NCBI GenBank assembly: GCA_964499695.1
Contig: CAZCMD010000007.1
Location: forward strand, 1-59,771
Direction: 5' to 3'
DNA from: an uncultured Desulfatiglans sp.
GTDB taxonomy: Bacteria > Desulfobacterota > DSM-4660 > Desulfatiglandales > HGW-15
Length of the DNA stretch: 59,771 nucleotides
Part shown: positions 27,082 through 37,562 of the stretch, piece after piece
Numbering within the stretch: the first letter of the stretch is position 1
Layout of the letters: each line of letters begins with the position of its first letter
Notes under the pieces: generated by a model
What the model saw: only the letters and a program-made list of their open reading frames with translations
Database searches by the model: none
What the model was told of the DNA's origin: nothing
Made by a program: the position numbers and the translations under genes

Positions 27082-27279
27082 GGAAAATAAGAATAAATAA
27101 AGGAAGAGCCATTAGATCCTGCATCACTGATTATGCGGTTGTAATCTTGAAGGTATCTGACCACCCCCCCCTTTTTGCAAGGTGTCAACTTAAGTTCGTC
27201 TTCTTACAGATTATCAGATATTTTTATTCTATTATAATATAATGACAATTGTTCTCTTCATGTAATAATAAGTCAATAG

Positions 27280-28824
27280 TTAACGGCTTTTTTTACCAAA
27301 AGGTATTCCTAATTTTTTCATCTTTGTTCTGAGTGTAGAAGGATTCAGATTAAGAAGTCTCGCAGCACCTTTTTCTCCTTCAATCCGTCCTTCTGTCTTT
27401 TCTAAAGCTTGATTAATAATTTGAGTTACAGCTATATTAAAATCTCGAGTATCGTTATTCATATGTGAAAAGACGACATTTTTTGAACTATCTTGAACAT
27501 CTATGTTGTCAAAAGAAAGTGTTTCACTGTCACATAAAATAAGAGCGCGTTCCACAACATTCTGTAATTCTCTTATGTTACCTGGCCAATAATAATTCAT
27601 TAATGATTGCATAGAACCTTGTTTAATTACAGGAATATTTACCCGTCCCATTTCTTGAGCCTTTTTTCTTATGAAATGATGGACTAAGATGGGGATATCA
27701 GTAAGTCGTTCTCGTAAGGGGGGGATTGTAATGGGAAAAACATTTAGACGATAAAACAGATCTTTACGAAATTTTCCTTCAAATATCATTTTTTCAAGAT
27801 TACAATGAGTTGCGGCGATTATACGAATATCTACCTTTATAGTTTCTGTCCCACCAACTCGTTCTATTTCTTTTTCCTGTAGAATTCTGAGTAGACGTAT
27901 CTGAGCTTCTAAAGGTAATTCTCCTATTTCATCTAGAAAAATGGTACCACTATCTGCCCGTTCAAATCGTCCTCTTTTTTTGCTGAAAGCACCTGTAAAA
28001 GCTCCTTTTTCATGTCCGAAAAGTTCACTGTCTATTAATGACTCAGGGATTGCACCGCAATTCACCTTAATGAATGGTTTATCACGACGAAGAGAAAGGT
28101 TGTGAATCGTTGTAGCCATTACCTCTTTTCCAGTTCCAGTTTCTCCCAGAATGAGAACAGGGCTCATCAGTGGTGCTACCTGAATTGCCATTTTCATTAT
28201 TTGCTGAAGGCCATACTGAGTTCCTATAATTTCACTATCGATATCCTGCAGAAGTTCATTTTGCAGATAGCGATTATCATCTAATACAATGTCTTTGAGC
28301 CTTAAAACTTCGCGGTAGCGTAGATAATTGCTCATTGCAATAGCCATGGGTTCATTGAGAAGAGAAAGTAGATGCATATGGTATTCTGTATATTTTTCAT
28401 TCATATGATTACCAATGAGGATACTACAGAAAAGGTTCCATTTGGGAATTGGAGAAAAAGCTATAAAATTAACATTCTGATCACCAGTTAGTAAACTTAA
28501 AGATTCTATAATCGCGGGATCACTCGATTGATTAAAAATCAAAACATCGGCTTTTTCATCAGGTTTTTTTTGAAGTTCATCTAAAATATTTTTTGCATTT
28601 TCCGGTAAAAGTAATTTAAGTGATATAAGTCGTCCACCATCAAGATTAGCTTTTGCCAGACTTTCACCTATACCGGTATCACTGTTGTATACATTTAAAA
28701 AAATAATATCAGCCGGGATGTGTTTACGGATGTATAGCAATACATTCCATAAGGCTTTTTCAATTTCGAGACTTCCGCATATTAGCAATGTTGCCTCTCT
28801 AAAGAATATATTTTCATCAATCAT
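27280..28824 (-). CDS. Sigma54-dependent transcriptional activator (GAF-like sensor, AAA+, Fis HTH)
   Basis: GETGTGKE Walker A, GAFTGA loop (EKGAFTGA), RVGGTE, and a C-terminal HTH ([21 protein letters not shown]). Confidence 0.9.
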   Translation of the reverse strand: MIDENIFFREATLLICGSLEIEKALWNVLLYIRKHIPADIIFLNVYNSDTGIGESLAKANLDGGRLISLKLLLPENAKNILDELQKKPDEKADVLIFNQSSDPAIIESLSLLTGDQNVNFIAFSPIPKWNLFCSILIGNHMNEKYTEYHMHLLSLLNEPMAIAMSNYLRYREVLRLKDIVLDDNRYLQNELLQDIDSEIIGTQYGLQQIMKMAIQVAPLMSPVLILGETGTGKEVMATTIHNLSLRRDKPFIKVNCGAIPESLIDSELFGHEKGAFTGAFSKKRGRFERADSGTIFLDEIGELPLEAQIRLLRILQEKEIERVGGTETIKVDIRIIAATHCNLEKMIFEGKFRKDLFYRLNVFPITIPPLRERLTDIPILVHHFIRKKAQEMGRVNIPVIKQGSMQSLMNYYWPGNIRELQNVVERALILCDSETLSFDNIDVQDSSKNVVFSHMNNDTRDFNIAVTQIINQALEKTEGRIEGEKGAARLLNLNPSTLRTKMKKLGIPFGKKSR

Positions 28825-28956
28825 AATAGACTCCTTTCTTTTTGGATACCGCTTTATTGCACGGCTATCTGTTCAATAAAGCAGCATTTTCTGTTTTATT
28901 AAACAGTTATTAGCATATAGACAGGTAACTGTCTAATATTATTCTAATAATTTTTT

Positions 28957-28972
28957 TGGCATAGCTCATGCT
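28957..28972 (+). promoter_or_regulatory. Sigma54 (-24/-12) promoter
   Basis: TGGCATAGCTCATGCT has GG and GC 12 nt apart, matching TGGCAC-N5-TTGCW at TGGCA and TGCT. It lies 37 nt upstream of the 29009 ORF and is divergent from the activator. Palindromes TAGACAG-GTAA-CTGTCTA (28918-28935) and CTGTTT-TATT-AAACAG (28891-28906) lie upstream. Confidence 0.6.
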
Positions 28973-29008
28973 TTATATAACGTCAATGAAAAACTGGGGA
29001 GGTGGCAT

Positions 29009-29308
29009 ATGAAACAATTAGAAATTATTATTACTCGAATCCCGGCATTCCCTAAAAAAGACAACTATCAGGACCTAATAGAAATATTGAAAGTTACAGA
29101 AAAAATCGGTGGAGAAAATGCCCATATTGGGTTTTTTCAAAATAATGATGCGCCGGATGATTATGCAATTATTGCAGTGTTGCCGTCATACAATTATGAA
29201 AATAATAAAAGTGATTTAGGAATATTTTTAGTTGATGCCATGAGGCATTTTGGGCTTGTCAGTTATTCTTGCTGGAAGGCTACAGATATTAAAGACATAT
29301 TAAACTGA
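29009..29308 (+). CDS. Hypothetical 99-aa protein, first gene of the sigma54-driven efflux operon
   Basis: GGGGAGG RBS before the ATG. I recognised no family. Confidence 0.5.
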   Translation: MKQLEIIITRIPAFPKKDNYQDLIEILKVTEKIGGENAHIGFFQNNDAPDDYAIIAVLPSYNYENNKSDLGIFLVDAMRHFGLVSYSCWKATDIKDILN

Positions 29309-29320
29309 AGAGAAATTAAA

Positions 29321-30640
29321 ATGAATTTAATCAGTCGAAGTTTATTGAAATTTGTTTTTGCAATGTTATTAATCCAATCATTTAAGGCAGTTGCCCAAGA
29401 TGACCCAGGTATCACTCTTTCCGAAGGATTAAAAATCGTTACAGAAGATAGCCGTATAGTGAAAATTGCCAAATTCAGTGAGCTACTTGCAGAAACAAAT
29501 ACAAAAATAGCTAGATCAGATCTTCTTCCTAACATTAGAGCAGGTTTGTTTTACACTGACCTTTCTCATCAGCCTGCAATGAAATTTGGGACACAAATAG
29601 TTCCTGCATCTGATGCTGAATTTTATTCTTACAGCATCGAGGTCGAACAGATTCTTTTTGATTTTCGAGGAAGCCTATCAAAATATGAAGCATCTAAAAT
29701 GATTCTGGAAGCACAGAAGTTTGATACTGTCAAGACTAGCAATGATATTGCAATTGAGTTTACTAATTCATTCTATGATCTTCTGGAATCAATACACCTT
29801 ATGGATTTGGCTGCAAAAGAAACAGAACGTTTAACAGCCCATAACTCAGACACAAAAAATCTATTTGAAGCAGGTGTAATAACAATAAACGATCTTTTAC
29901 AGGTCCAAGTAAGGCTTTCAGATGCGCGAAGAAGGTACCTTACAACAAAAAATCTTGTTGATATACGGTCATCAAATCTAAACAATCTTCTGCTGCGCCC
30001 TCTTAAAAAAAATATTAAACCTTTGGAGCCTGAAGTAAATATTATTCCTCCCTCTATTAGCTATGAAAATGCATGTGATGTTGCTCTTTCTATGCGTCCT
30101 GAAATTCTCATTTTAGATCATACTCTTAACGCTCTTGATCTGGAAGAGGTTGTAAAACGATCTGAATCTTTACCAAAATTTTTTCTCAGTGGCACTAAAG
30201 AATATAAGGAGAATTCATATCAGGTCCATGAAGATAATTGGATCATTTCTCTAGGTGTTAAGGTTAATCTATTTGATGGCGGCAGATCTTTTTCTGACCT
30301 TCAGAAAACAAAAATCAGCAAGAGACAACTTATAGAGCAGCGGGAAAAACTTGTAGATGAAATAAAACTTCAACTACAAAGTTATATACTTTCGCTCGAC
30401 AATGCCTACGCGAGCATCCTTGTAAACCGCGATGCAATAGTCCAGGGAGAAGAAAATCTACGGATTAATAAAAAACGATATGAAGAAGGTGAAGGAACAG
30501 CCACAGAGGTACTTGATGCTGTAACTGATCTATCAATCTCTGAAACAAATCAAATACAGTCTGTTTATAATTATCTCAGGGCTGAAGCTGCGGTGCATTA
30601 TGCAATGGGTAAAAATTTGAGTAATATCTATAAGCAATAA
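29321..30640 (+). CDS. TolC-family outer membrane efflux protein
   Basis: 439 aa with a signal peptide and two-fold repeated coiled-coil/beta layout. It sits upstream of the MFP and RND genes. Confidence 0.8.
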   Translation: MNLISRSLLKFVFAMLLIQSFKAVAQDDPGITLSEGLKIVTEDSRIVKIAKFSELLAETNTKIARSDLLPNIRAGLFYTDLSHQPAMKFGTQIVPASDAEFYSYSIEVEQILFDFRGSLSKYEASKMILEAQKFDTVKTSNDIAIEFTNSFYDLLESIHLMDLAAKETERLTAHNSDTKNLFEAGVITINDLLQVQVRLSDARRRYLTTKNLVDIRSSNLNNLLLRPLKKNIKPLEPEVNIIPPSISYENACDVALSMRPEILILDHTLNALDLEEVVKRSESLPKFFLSGTKEYKENSYQVHEDNWIISLGVKVNLFDGGRSFSDLQKTKISKRQLIEQREKLVDEIKLQLQSYILSLDNAYASILVNRDAIVQGEENLRINKKRYEEGEGTATEVLDAVTDLSISETNQIQSVYNYLRAEAAVHYAMGKNLSNIYKQ

Positions 30641-30656
30641 GAATTTTGAAATTAAT

Positions 30657-31793
30657 ATGACAAAAGGAGCTTTAAAGGTGTTTAACTTAAGCAAAAAAAC
30701 AAAAAATATTTTTATCATAGTGAGTATTATCTTTACCCTTGGAATACTAATAGCAGTTCTTATGCATAGTGATCATGACCCACAGACCGAAACCGTAAAA
30801 CAGGACATTTTACAGGTTCAGGCCATGTCAATAACTCCAGAATTGTCAGGGCAACTGCATATCTATGCTGGAGAGGTATGTGGACGTTATGAAAGTCAAC
30901 TTGCTTTCCAGGTGAGTGGTAAAATTATAAGCCGCCATGTTGAGGTGGGTTCCTATGTCAAGAAGGGACAGCCTCTTATGCAGATTGATCCAAAAGATAT
31001 AGAGCAAATTGTTAAAAGCCAATTGGCAATGGTTGAAGCGGCTAAGTCACAGCTTCAATTTTCAGAAAAAAATAACAATAGATATCGTTTACTCTTTGAA
31101 CAGGAGGTGATCAGTCGATCCCAAATGGATCGTTTTCAAACCGCTTATGACGTAGCAAGTGCTGAATACAGGAATGTCAGCGCAATGTATGCTCAGAGTC
31201 TCAATCAGTTAAATTATTGTAGTCTTAATGCAAATTACGATGGAGTAGTGTCATCTATCCAGGGTGAAATCGGACAGGTAGTGGGTGCCGGGCAACCTGT
31301 TATGACAATTGTCAGAGACGGTGATCGTGAAATTGAAATATATATACCTGAAAATCATTTGCAGAATATTCACAATAATCAACGAACACGAATTACATTC
31401 TGGGCGATAACAGGCATTGATTGTTCAGCCACCATACGCGAAATTGCACCAATGGCTGATCCTGTCACAAGGACCTATAAAGTCAGGGTGAGTCTTACGG
31501 AACAACTTCCCGAAGTCAAATTAGGTATGACAGCTTCTGTAGAAATGCTCGGCGATCAGGATAACAGGATATTTATCCCTCTTTCCTCCATTTACCAGAC
31601 GAAAGAGGCTCCATTTGTTTGGGTTATACGAAATGGAATACTACAACTACGACCCATAAAAACTGGCGACTTTGGAAATAATATTATCCAGATACTAGAA
31701 GGTCTGAATCCTGGTGAAATAATTGTGACCGCTGGAGTTCATAAATTGAAGGAAGGACAGCAGGTAAAAATATTGGGAGGCGGCAGATCATGA
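30657..31793 (+). CDS. RND efflux periplasmic adaptor (MFP)
   Basis: N-terminal membrane anchor, lipoyl/hairpin/beta-barrel pattern (VEVGSYVKKGQPLMQID ... VTAGVHKLKEGQQV). An ATGA overlap joins it to the RND gene. Confidence 0.85.
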   Translation: MTKGALKVFNLSKKTKNIFIIVSIIFTLGILIAVLMHSDHDPQTETVKQDILQVQAMSITPELSGQLHIYAGEVCGRYESQLAFQVSGKIISRHVEVGSYVKKGQPLMQIDPKDIEQIVKSQLAMVEAAKSQLQFSEKNNNRYRLLFEQEVISRSQMDRFQTAYDVASAEYRNVSAMYAQSLNQLNYCSLNANYDGVVSSIQGEIGQVVGAGQPVMTIVRDGDREIEIYIPENHLQNIHNNQRTRITFWAITGIDCSATIREIAPMADPVTRTYKVRVSLTEQLPEVKLGMTASVEMLGDQDNRIFIPLSSIYQTKEAPFVWVIRNGILQLRPIKTGDFGNNIIQILEGLNPGEIIVTAGVHKLKEGQQVKILGGGRS

Positions 31794-34700
31794 AGCAGTT
31801 CAACTTGACTCAATGGGCGCTCAGCCATAAACAGTTTATATATTATTTGATCATCGTTGCTTTTATCGGAGGCATTTATTCCTACATAAACCTTGGAAGA
31901 ATGGAGGATCCCGATTTTACCATACGTCAGATGATTGTCAGCGTTGCCTGGCCAGGGGCAACCGCCCGGGAAATGGAAGAGCAGGTAGTAGATAAAATAG
32001 AGAAAAAACTTCAGGAAACACCAGGATTGGATTATTTAAAGAGTTTTTCTACACCAGGTCAGTCTGTTATTTATGTTTCTCTTAAAGATGATGAGGTAAC
32101 AGTAGATGAGATTCAATCCATATGGAAGGAAGTCCGTAATCTGGTAGGAGATATGAAGGATACCCTGCCGAAAGGAGTGGTAGGTCCTTTCTTCAACGAT
32201 CGCTTCAGTGATGTATTCGGGTGTGTATTTGCCCTTACCGGGGATGGATTAACTTATGAGGAAATGAGGGAGCTTGCAGAAAGGATCAGGCGCAAGATTC
32301 TGGGTATTCCCAGAGTCAAGAAAGTGGAACTACTGGGTGTCCAGGCCGAAAAAATAACAGTGGAAATGGAAACGAACAAGTTGGCCAAGATGGGATTTGA
32401 TCCTTCGATTATAGCCCATTCACTGGAAAGTCAGAACGCCATGACTCCTTCCGGAATGATCGAAACAAACTCAGATCGTGTATACCTCAGGGTCAATAGG
32501 ATGTTCAAGGATTTGGAAGACCTGGGTAATGTCCCTCTTAATGTCGCAGGTAAGACCTTCCGTCTAGGTGATATTTCCAAAATCACACGCGGATATTCAG
32601 ACCCTCCGGATACCATGATGTTTTTTAATGGATATCCCGCCATCGGTATTTCAGTCTCCATGCAGGAAGGGGGAAATATTCTTACCCTGGGTAAAAATCT
32701 AGAACAACTGGTGACTAGGATTCAAAAGGATCTTCCAGCAGGAATTGAACTCACCTCTGTATTTGATCAGCCAACGGTTGTAAAAAATTCTATTGAAGAT
32801 TTTGTCCATGTACTGGTCGAGGCAGTGATTATTGTACTCATCGTCTGTTTTATAAGCATGGGTCTGCGTTCTGGCGTGGTAGTCACATTGTGCATCCCCT
32901 TAGTCATTCTGACGGTGTTCATTGTTATGAAATTTTCAGGAATCGACCTGCATAAGATATCTCTGGGAGCGCTCATTGTGGCATTGGGACTTCTTGTTGA
33001 TGATGCCATTATTGTCATTGAGATGATGCTCGTCAAGCTGGAACAGGGTTGGAAACGAGTTGATGCAGCTTCTTTTGCCTATACTGCCACAGCCTACCCC
33101 CGTCTGACAGGTGCCCTTGTCACCAGCGCCGGATTTCTACCCGTTGGCTTTTCAAAGGGTTCGGCTTCAGAATTTGTAGGATCTCTTTTTTATGTGGTAG
33201 CGATTGCCCTCATCATTTCATGGATTGTAGCTGGAACAGCGGCTCCTCTTATCGGATCACTTCTGGTCAAACCAAAATCACACGATGAAGGGCATGACAT
33301 ATATGATACTCCATTTTATAGGTGGTTTAAAAGGCTTTTATCCTGGTGCATGAGACATCGATGGTTGGTAATCATGGCGACCTTAGTAAGTTTATTATGC
33401 GCTGTAAAGTTGATGAGTTTTGTAAAAAAGGAGTTTTTCCCTGCGTCGGTTCGACCAGAGGTCGTAGTTGATATTCGTCTTCCTCAGGGGGCTTCCATTA
33501 AGGCAACAGAGCAGATAACAACCAGATTCGCTAAACAATTTGACAATGATTCTGATGTGATTAATTATTCGTATTATGTTGGCCAGGGAGCACCCAGATT
33601 TATCCTGACTGCTGAACCTGTACTTCCTGACAGTAATTTTGCCCAAATAATACTACTTGCTAAAGATCGTGATGCGCGGGAACGACTCATATCAAAAGCT
33701 AACATGCTTTTCAGTACTAAATTTTCGGAAGTTCGTAGCAATGTTAAGATAATTAAATCAGGTCCTTCTGAATCATATCCTGTACTTCTCAGGGTTTCCG
33801 GAATTGAACATGACAGAGTTCGGGAGATAGCGGAGAGTGCTCTTGAAGTGATGTATGCAGACCCCAATCTGAAAGATCCTCATTTGGATTGGTACAAGAA
33901 AAACCAGGTTATGCATCTTGATATCGATCAGGATAAGGTCAGAGCTCTTGGGCTTGATAACAGAACTCTTGCCGCAAACCTACAGACTCTCCTTTCAGGC
34001 GCACAGATTGCTGAATTTCGAGAAATGGACAAAACGGTCAGTGTCCTATTTCGAATCGATGCTAACAATAGGGCTGATTTGTCACAGGTAAAAAATCTGA
34101 ATGTCCATGTGGGTGAAGGGCGTTTTGTTCCTTTGGACCAGATTGCAAGAATAAGTTATGATGCGGAAGATGGGCTTATATGGCGACGCGATCTGAAACC
34201 GACTATTACTCTGCAGGCTAACGTTGTTCCAGGGGTTACAGGTAATGATGCGACTCAAAAAGTATATGCCAATCTGGAGTCTCTCAGAAATTCGCTGCCG
34301 CAGGATTATACCATCGAGGTCGCTGGAACCTTAGAGAGTAGCAACAATGCATCTAAATGGTTGATGGTACCTGTTCCCATGATGATTATCATTATCATGA
34401 CTCTTTTGATGTTCCAGTTACAAAGCATCTCAAAGATGATCATGACACTTCTTACCGCTCCAATGGGTTTAATCGGGGTGAGTCTGGCTTTATTCCTGAC
34501 AGGAAGTCCGATGGGTTTTGTAGTACAGTTAGGGATTCTTGCTCTTTCGGGCATCATCATGCGTAACAGTGTCATCCTTATTGATCAAATTGATCAGCAA
34601 CTTAAGGCAGGTGAGTCACTCTGGGATGCAATCATAAATGCAACAACCCTGCGTTTTCGACCAATTATGCTGACAGCAGCGGCGGCCATTCTTGCTATGG

Positions 34701-34834
34701 TCCCTATTTCTTTTAATGTATTTTGGGGTCCCATGGCAGTTGCCATAGGTGGAGGTTTGGTCGGTGCTACCATACTAACTCTTTTGGTTTTGCCGGCCAT
34801 ATATGCTGCTTGGTATAAAGTTAAACAGGAATAA
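31790..34834 (+). CDS. RND family efflux permease (AcrB-like)
   Basis: 1014 aa with 12-TM pseudo-repeat topology and two large periplasmic loops. Has the VGLLVDDAIIVIE motif. Confidence 0.9.
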   Translation: MKQFNLTQWALSHKQFIYYLIIVAFIGGIYSYINLGRMEDPDFTIRQMIVSVAWPGATAREMEEQVVDKIEKKLQETPGLDYLKSFSTPGQSVIYVSLKDDEVTVDEIQSIWKEVRNLVGDMKDTLPKGVVGPFFNDRFSDVFGCVFALTGDGLTYEEMRELAERIRRKILGIPRVKKVELLGVQAEKITVEMETNKLAKMGFDPSIIAHSLESQNAMTPSGMIETNSDRVYLRVNRMFKDLEDLGNVPLNVAGKTFRLGDISKITRGYSDPPDTMMFFNGYPAIGISVSMQEGGNILTLGKNLEQLVTRIQKDLPAGIELTSVFDQPTVVKNSIEDFVHVLVEAVIIVLIVCFISMGLRSGVVVTLCIPLVILTVFIVMKFSGIDLHKISLGALIVALGLLVDDAIIVIEMMLVKLEQGWKRVDAASFAYTATAYPRLTGALVTSAGFLPVGFSKGSASEFVGSLFYVVAIALIISWIVAGTAAPLIGSLLVKPKSHDEGHDIYDTPFYRWFKRLLSWCMRHRWLVIMATLVSLLCAVKLMSFVKKEFFPASVRPEVVVDIRLPQGASIKATEQITTRFAKQFDNDSDVINYSYYVGQGAPRFILTAEPVLPDSNFAQIILLAKDRDARERLISKANMLFSTKFSEVRSNVKIIKSGPSESYPVLLRVSGIEHDRVREIAESALEVMYADPNLKDPHLDWYKKNQVMHLDIDQDKVRALGLDNRTLAANLQTLLSGAQIAEFREMDKTVSVLFRIDANNRADLSQVKNLNVHVGEGRFVPLDQIARISYDAEDGLIWRRDLKPTITLQANVVPGVTGNDATQKVYANLESLRNSLPQDYTIEVAGTLESSNNASKWLMVPVPMMIIIIMTLLMFQLQSISKMIMTLLTAPMGLIGVSLALFLTGSPMGFVVQLGILALSGIIMRNSVILIDQIDQQLKAGESLWDAIINATTLRFRPIMLTAAAAILAMVPISFNVFWGPMAVAIGGGLVGATILTLLVLPAIYAAWYKVKQE

Positions 34835-34881
34835 AATATGTGGCGATAGAAGATAAGTATGTTTCATAGAGGAGATGTTAA

Positions 34882-35313
34882 ATGAATAATAGTAATGATT
34901 TGGAAAATAGAGAATTATTTATTACCCCAGAAGAAACTCTTAAAAATAAAACTATAAAGTCATTCTATTCATTTATAAAACAATTTCATAAACTGGAAAA
35001 AAAATTGCATGATGAATTTAAAGTCACTGTTTACCAAATTGAATTACTTGACAATTTGTTTAATCATGAGCCAAACAAATTAACCCCTACGCAGATATCA
35101 ATATGTATCCGTCTCAGTAAGAGTACTATCACAGAGTGTATTGATTCACTTGAATGTAAAGGATATGTGTGTAGAGAATCCCATGATCTAGATCGTCGTA
35201 AAATTATCATACGATTAACAGAAAAAGGGAAAGTTTTCTGTAAACAAAAAATACCCTTAATATATGAAATTATAAATTTCTATTTTAATAAACTATACAA
35301 TGAAAGACGATGA
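34882..35313 (+). CDS. MarR-family transcriptional regulator
   Basis: 143 aa with the winged-helix core LTPTQISICIRLSKSTITECIDSLECKGYVCRESHDLDRRKIIIRLTEKG. Confidence 0.75.
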   Translation: MNNSNDLENRELFITPEETLKNKTIKSFYSFIKQFHKLEKKLHDEFKVTVYQIELLDNLFNHEPNKLTPTQISICIRLSKSTITECIDSLECKGYVCRESHDLDRRKIIIRLTEKGKVFCKQKIPLIYEIINFYFNKLYNERR

Positions 35314-35432
35314 AAGCGGGAGGGAGAGGGATGTAAGGTAATCCCTTCTATTAGCCATCGGAGGTCCTCCAATATATTTTTTATCTCCTCCTCCGGTGGC
35401 TATAATAATAAATTCATATATGGAATTATCAA

Positions 35433-36221
35433 TTGATAAAAATATGTGATAAAAAAATATGGTTTCAAATAACTATAAATATAGTCAACAAATTAGGCTT
35501 AGTTTTTATTTTTATGTGTAAAGGTTTTTTAAGAGTTTTCAGCCGTAGACAATTATTCCCTGTAATAGAACAAATCTATTTTATTGGAGCAGGGTCAACC
35601 CATATAGTCATACTTGTGGCGCTGTTTACAGGCATGGTACTGGGTCTGCAACTCTACAGTACTTTAATAAGGGTCGGTTCCACAGGTTATCTTGGTTCAG
35701 TTGTTGCACTATCGTTAATAAGAGAGCTTGGTCCTGTCCTTACTGCGATTATGGTCACTGCAAGAGCCGGATCATCTATGGCTACAGAAATTGGGATTCA
35801 ACGTATATCAGAGCAGATTGATGCCCTCCAGTCTATGCGTATTGACCCTATCAGATATTTAGTGAGCCCGAGGATTGCAGCTACCATTATAAGTTTTCCA
35901 ATTTTGACTACTCTGTTTAATATTGTAGGTATATTTGGTGGGTACCTTAGTACTGTCCTCCTTCTGGGTTTAAATCCCGGCACCTACTTTAATAGTATTC
36001 AAACAAGTGTAATCATGGATGATATCATTGGTGGGTTAATAAAATCTCTGGTTTTTGGGATTGTCATTTGTACAATATGTTGTTTTAAAGGATATTATAC
36101 ACATACTTTTTCCGGTGCATATGGAGCTAAAGGTGTCGGACTTTCCACAACCTCTGCCGTAGTACTTTCATGTATCATTATTCTTATTTCAGATTATACA
36201 ATTACTGCTTTAATACTGTAG
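35433..36221 (+). CDS. mlaE: MlaE-type ABC transporter permease
   Basis: RELGPVLTAIMVTARAGSSMATEIG.QRISEQIDALQSM is the MlaE/Ttg2B signature. The start is uncertain (TTG at 35433; an internal ATG gives MCKGF). Confidence 0.8.
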   Translation: MIKICDKKIWFQITINIVNKLGLVFIFMCKGFLRVFSRRQLFPVIEQIYFIGAGSTHIVILVALFTGMVLGLQLYSTLIRVGSTGYLGSVVALSLIRELGPVLTAIMVTARAGSSMATEIGIQRISEQIDALQSMRIDPIRYLVSPRIAATIISFPILTTLFNIVGIFGGYLSTVLLLGLNPGTYFNSIQTSVIMDDIIGGLIKSLVFGIVICTICCFKGYYTHTFSGAYGAKGVGLSTTSAVVLSCIIILISDYTITALIL

Positions 36222-36227
36222 GTTCTC

Positions 36228-37034
36228 ATGGAATGCCCTTTAATAGAATTCCGTAATATATCAAAAAAATTTAGAGACAGAGTTATTCTCGATAAAATTG
36301 GTCTAAAGATATTCGAAGGGCAAATTACTGTTATTATTGGGAAGAGCGGCGTGGGAAAGAGTGTATTATTAAAACATATCATTGGATTACTCGAACCGGA
36401 TGAAGGCGATATATTTTTTCATGGAAAGCTTATAAAGGAATTTTCCAAGAAGGAATGGTATTTCTATCTAAGTCGAATAAGTTATATGTTCCAGAATAAT
36501 GCTCTTTTCGATTCCTTAACTGTCTATGAAAATATTGCTCTTCCTCTTCGTCAGACAACTAAAATGACTGAGAAGGAAATAGCATTAAAAGTAATGGCCC
36601 GTATTGAACAGATAGAACTTTTAGAAGACATATATAAATACCCGGCTGAGCTTTCAGGAGGTATGCAGAAAAGAGTTGCTTTGGGTAGAGCATTGGTTAC
36701 AGATCCTGAAATTGTTCTTTTTGATGAACCGACCAGTGGGCAGGATATAATGAGAAAGAATGCTATATTAAGTATGATCTCACAATATCAGAAAAAATTG
36801 CAATTTACAGCAATCCTGGTTAGTCATGATCTGCCGGAAGTATTGTTGATCTCAAATCGTGTGCTTTTACTTCACAATAGAAGACTTGTTTTCCAAGGTA
36901 CAATCAAAGAATTGAATCATTTTGAACACCCTTTTATTGATGAAATCCGATGTATAGATGATCTTAGACGTCAGATAATTGGAAATATAGATTCAAATGT
37001 TATGACCAAAGAATTCATGAGAAAAAGGAGCTGA
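36228..37034 (+). CDS. mlaF: MlaF-type ABC transporter ATP-binding protein
   Basis: Walker A GKSGVGKS, signature LSGGMQKRVALGRAL, Walker B VLFDEP. Confidence 0.85.
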   Translation: MECPLIEFRNISKKFRDRVILDKIGLKIFEGQITVIIGKSGVGKSVLLKHIIGLLEPDEGDIFFHGKLIKEFSKKEWYFYLSRISYMFQNNALFDSLTVYENIALPLRQTTKMTEKEIALKVMARIEQIELLEDIYKYPAELSGGMQKRVALGRALVTDPEIVLFDEPTSGQDIMRKNAILSMISQYQKKLQFTAILVSHDLPEVLLISNRVLLLHNRRLVFQGTIKELNHFEHPFIDEIRCIDDLRRQIIGNIDSNVMTKEFMRKRS

Positions 37035-37062
37035 TTTTAAGGGGAATCAAAGGAGTGAGGAA

Positions 37063-37515
37063 GTGAGAAAAATAACAATTGAGACGATAGTGGGTATATT
37101 TGTTCTTATTGGAATAATAAGTATTAGTTATATGACCGTAAAGCTCGGTAATGTAAATCTTTTAAAATCTGATTCATACAAATTATATGCCAAATTTACA
37201 TCTGTCTCTGGGTTGAGAATAAATAATAATATTGAAATTTTTGGTATGGAAGTAGGTAGAGTCAAGGGATTAATAATGGATCAGGAAAAGCAGTTGGTTG
37301 TAGTAGAAATGCAAATAGCTAATGGTATTAAGATATACGAAGATGCTATAGCTTCGATTAAAACATCAGGTCTGATTGGAGAGAGGTACATAAATATAAA
37401 TCCAGGTGGAGCTTATGAACGTTTGCTTCCAGGTGCTACAATAATAGATACAGAACCACCCATAGACCTTACAGATATCATTAGCAAATATGCTTTTGGA
37501 GATATTAGCAAATAG
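37063..37515 (+). CDS. mlaD: MlaD/MCE-domain substrate-binding protein
   Basis: N-terminal TM anchor followed by an MCE fold (YKLYAKFTSVSGLRINNNIEIFGMEVGRVKGL). Confidence 0.75.
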   Translation: MRKITIETIVGIFVLIGIISISYMTVKLGNVNLLKSDSYKLYAKFTSVSGLRINNNIEIFGMEVGRVKGLIMDQEKQLVVVEMQIANGIKIYEDAIASIKTSGLIGERYININPGGAYERLLPGATIIDTEPPIDLTDIISKYAFGDISK

Positions 37516-37562
37516 TAATAAGAGAAAAGAATTTAGGAGTATAACGAAGGTATTTTTACATT

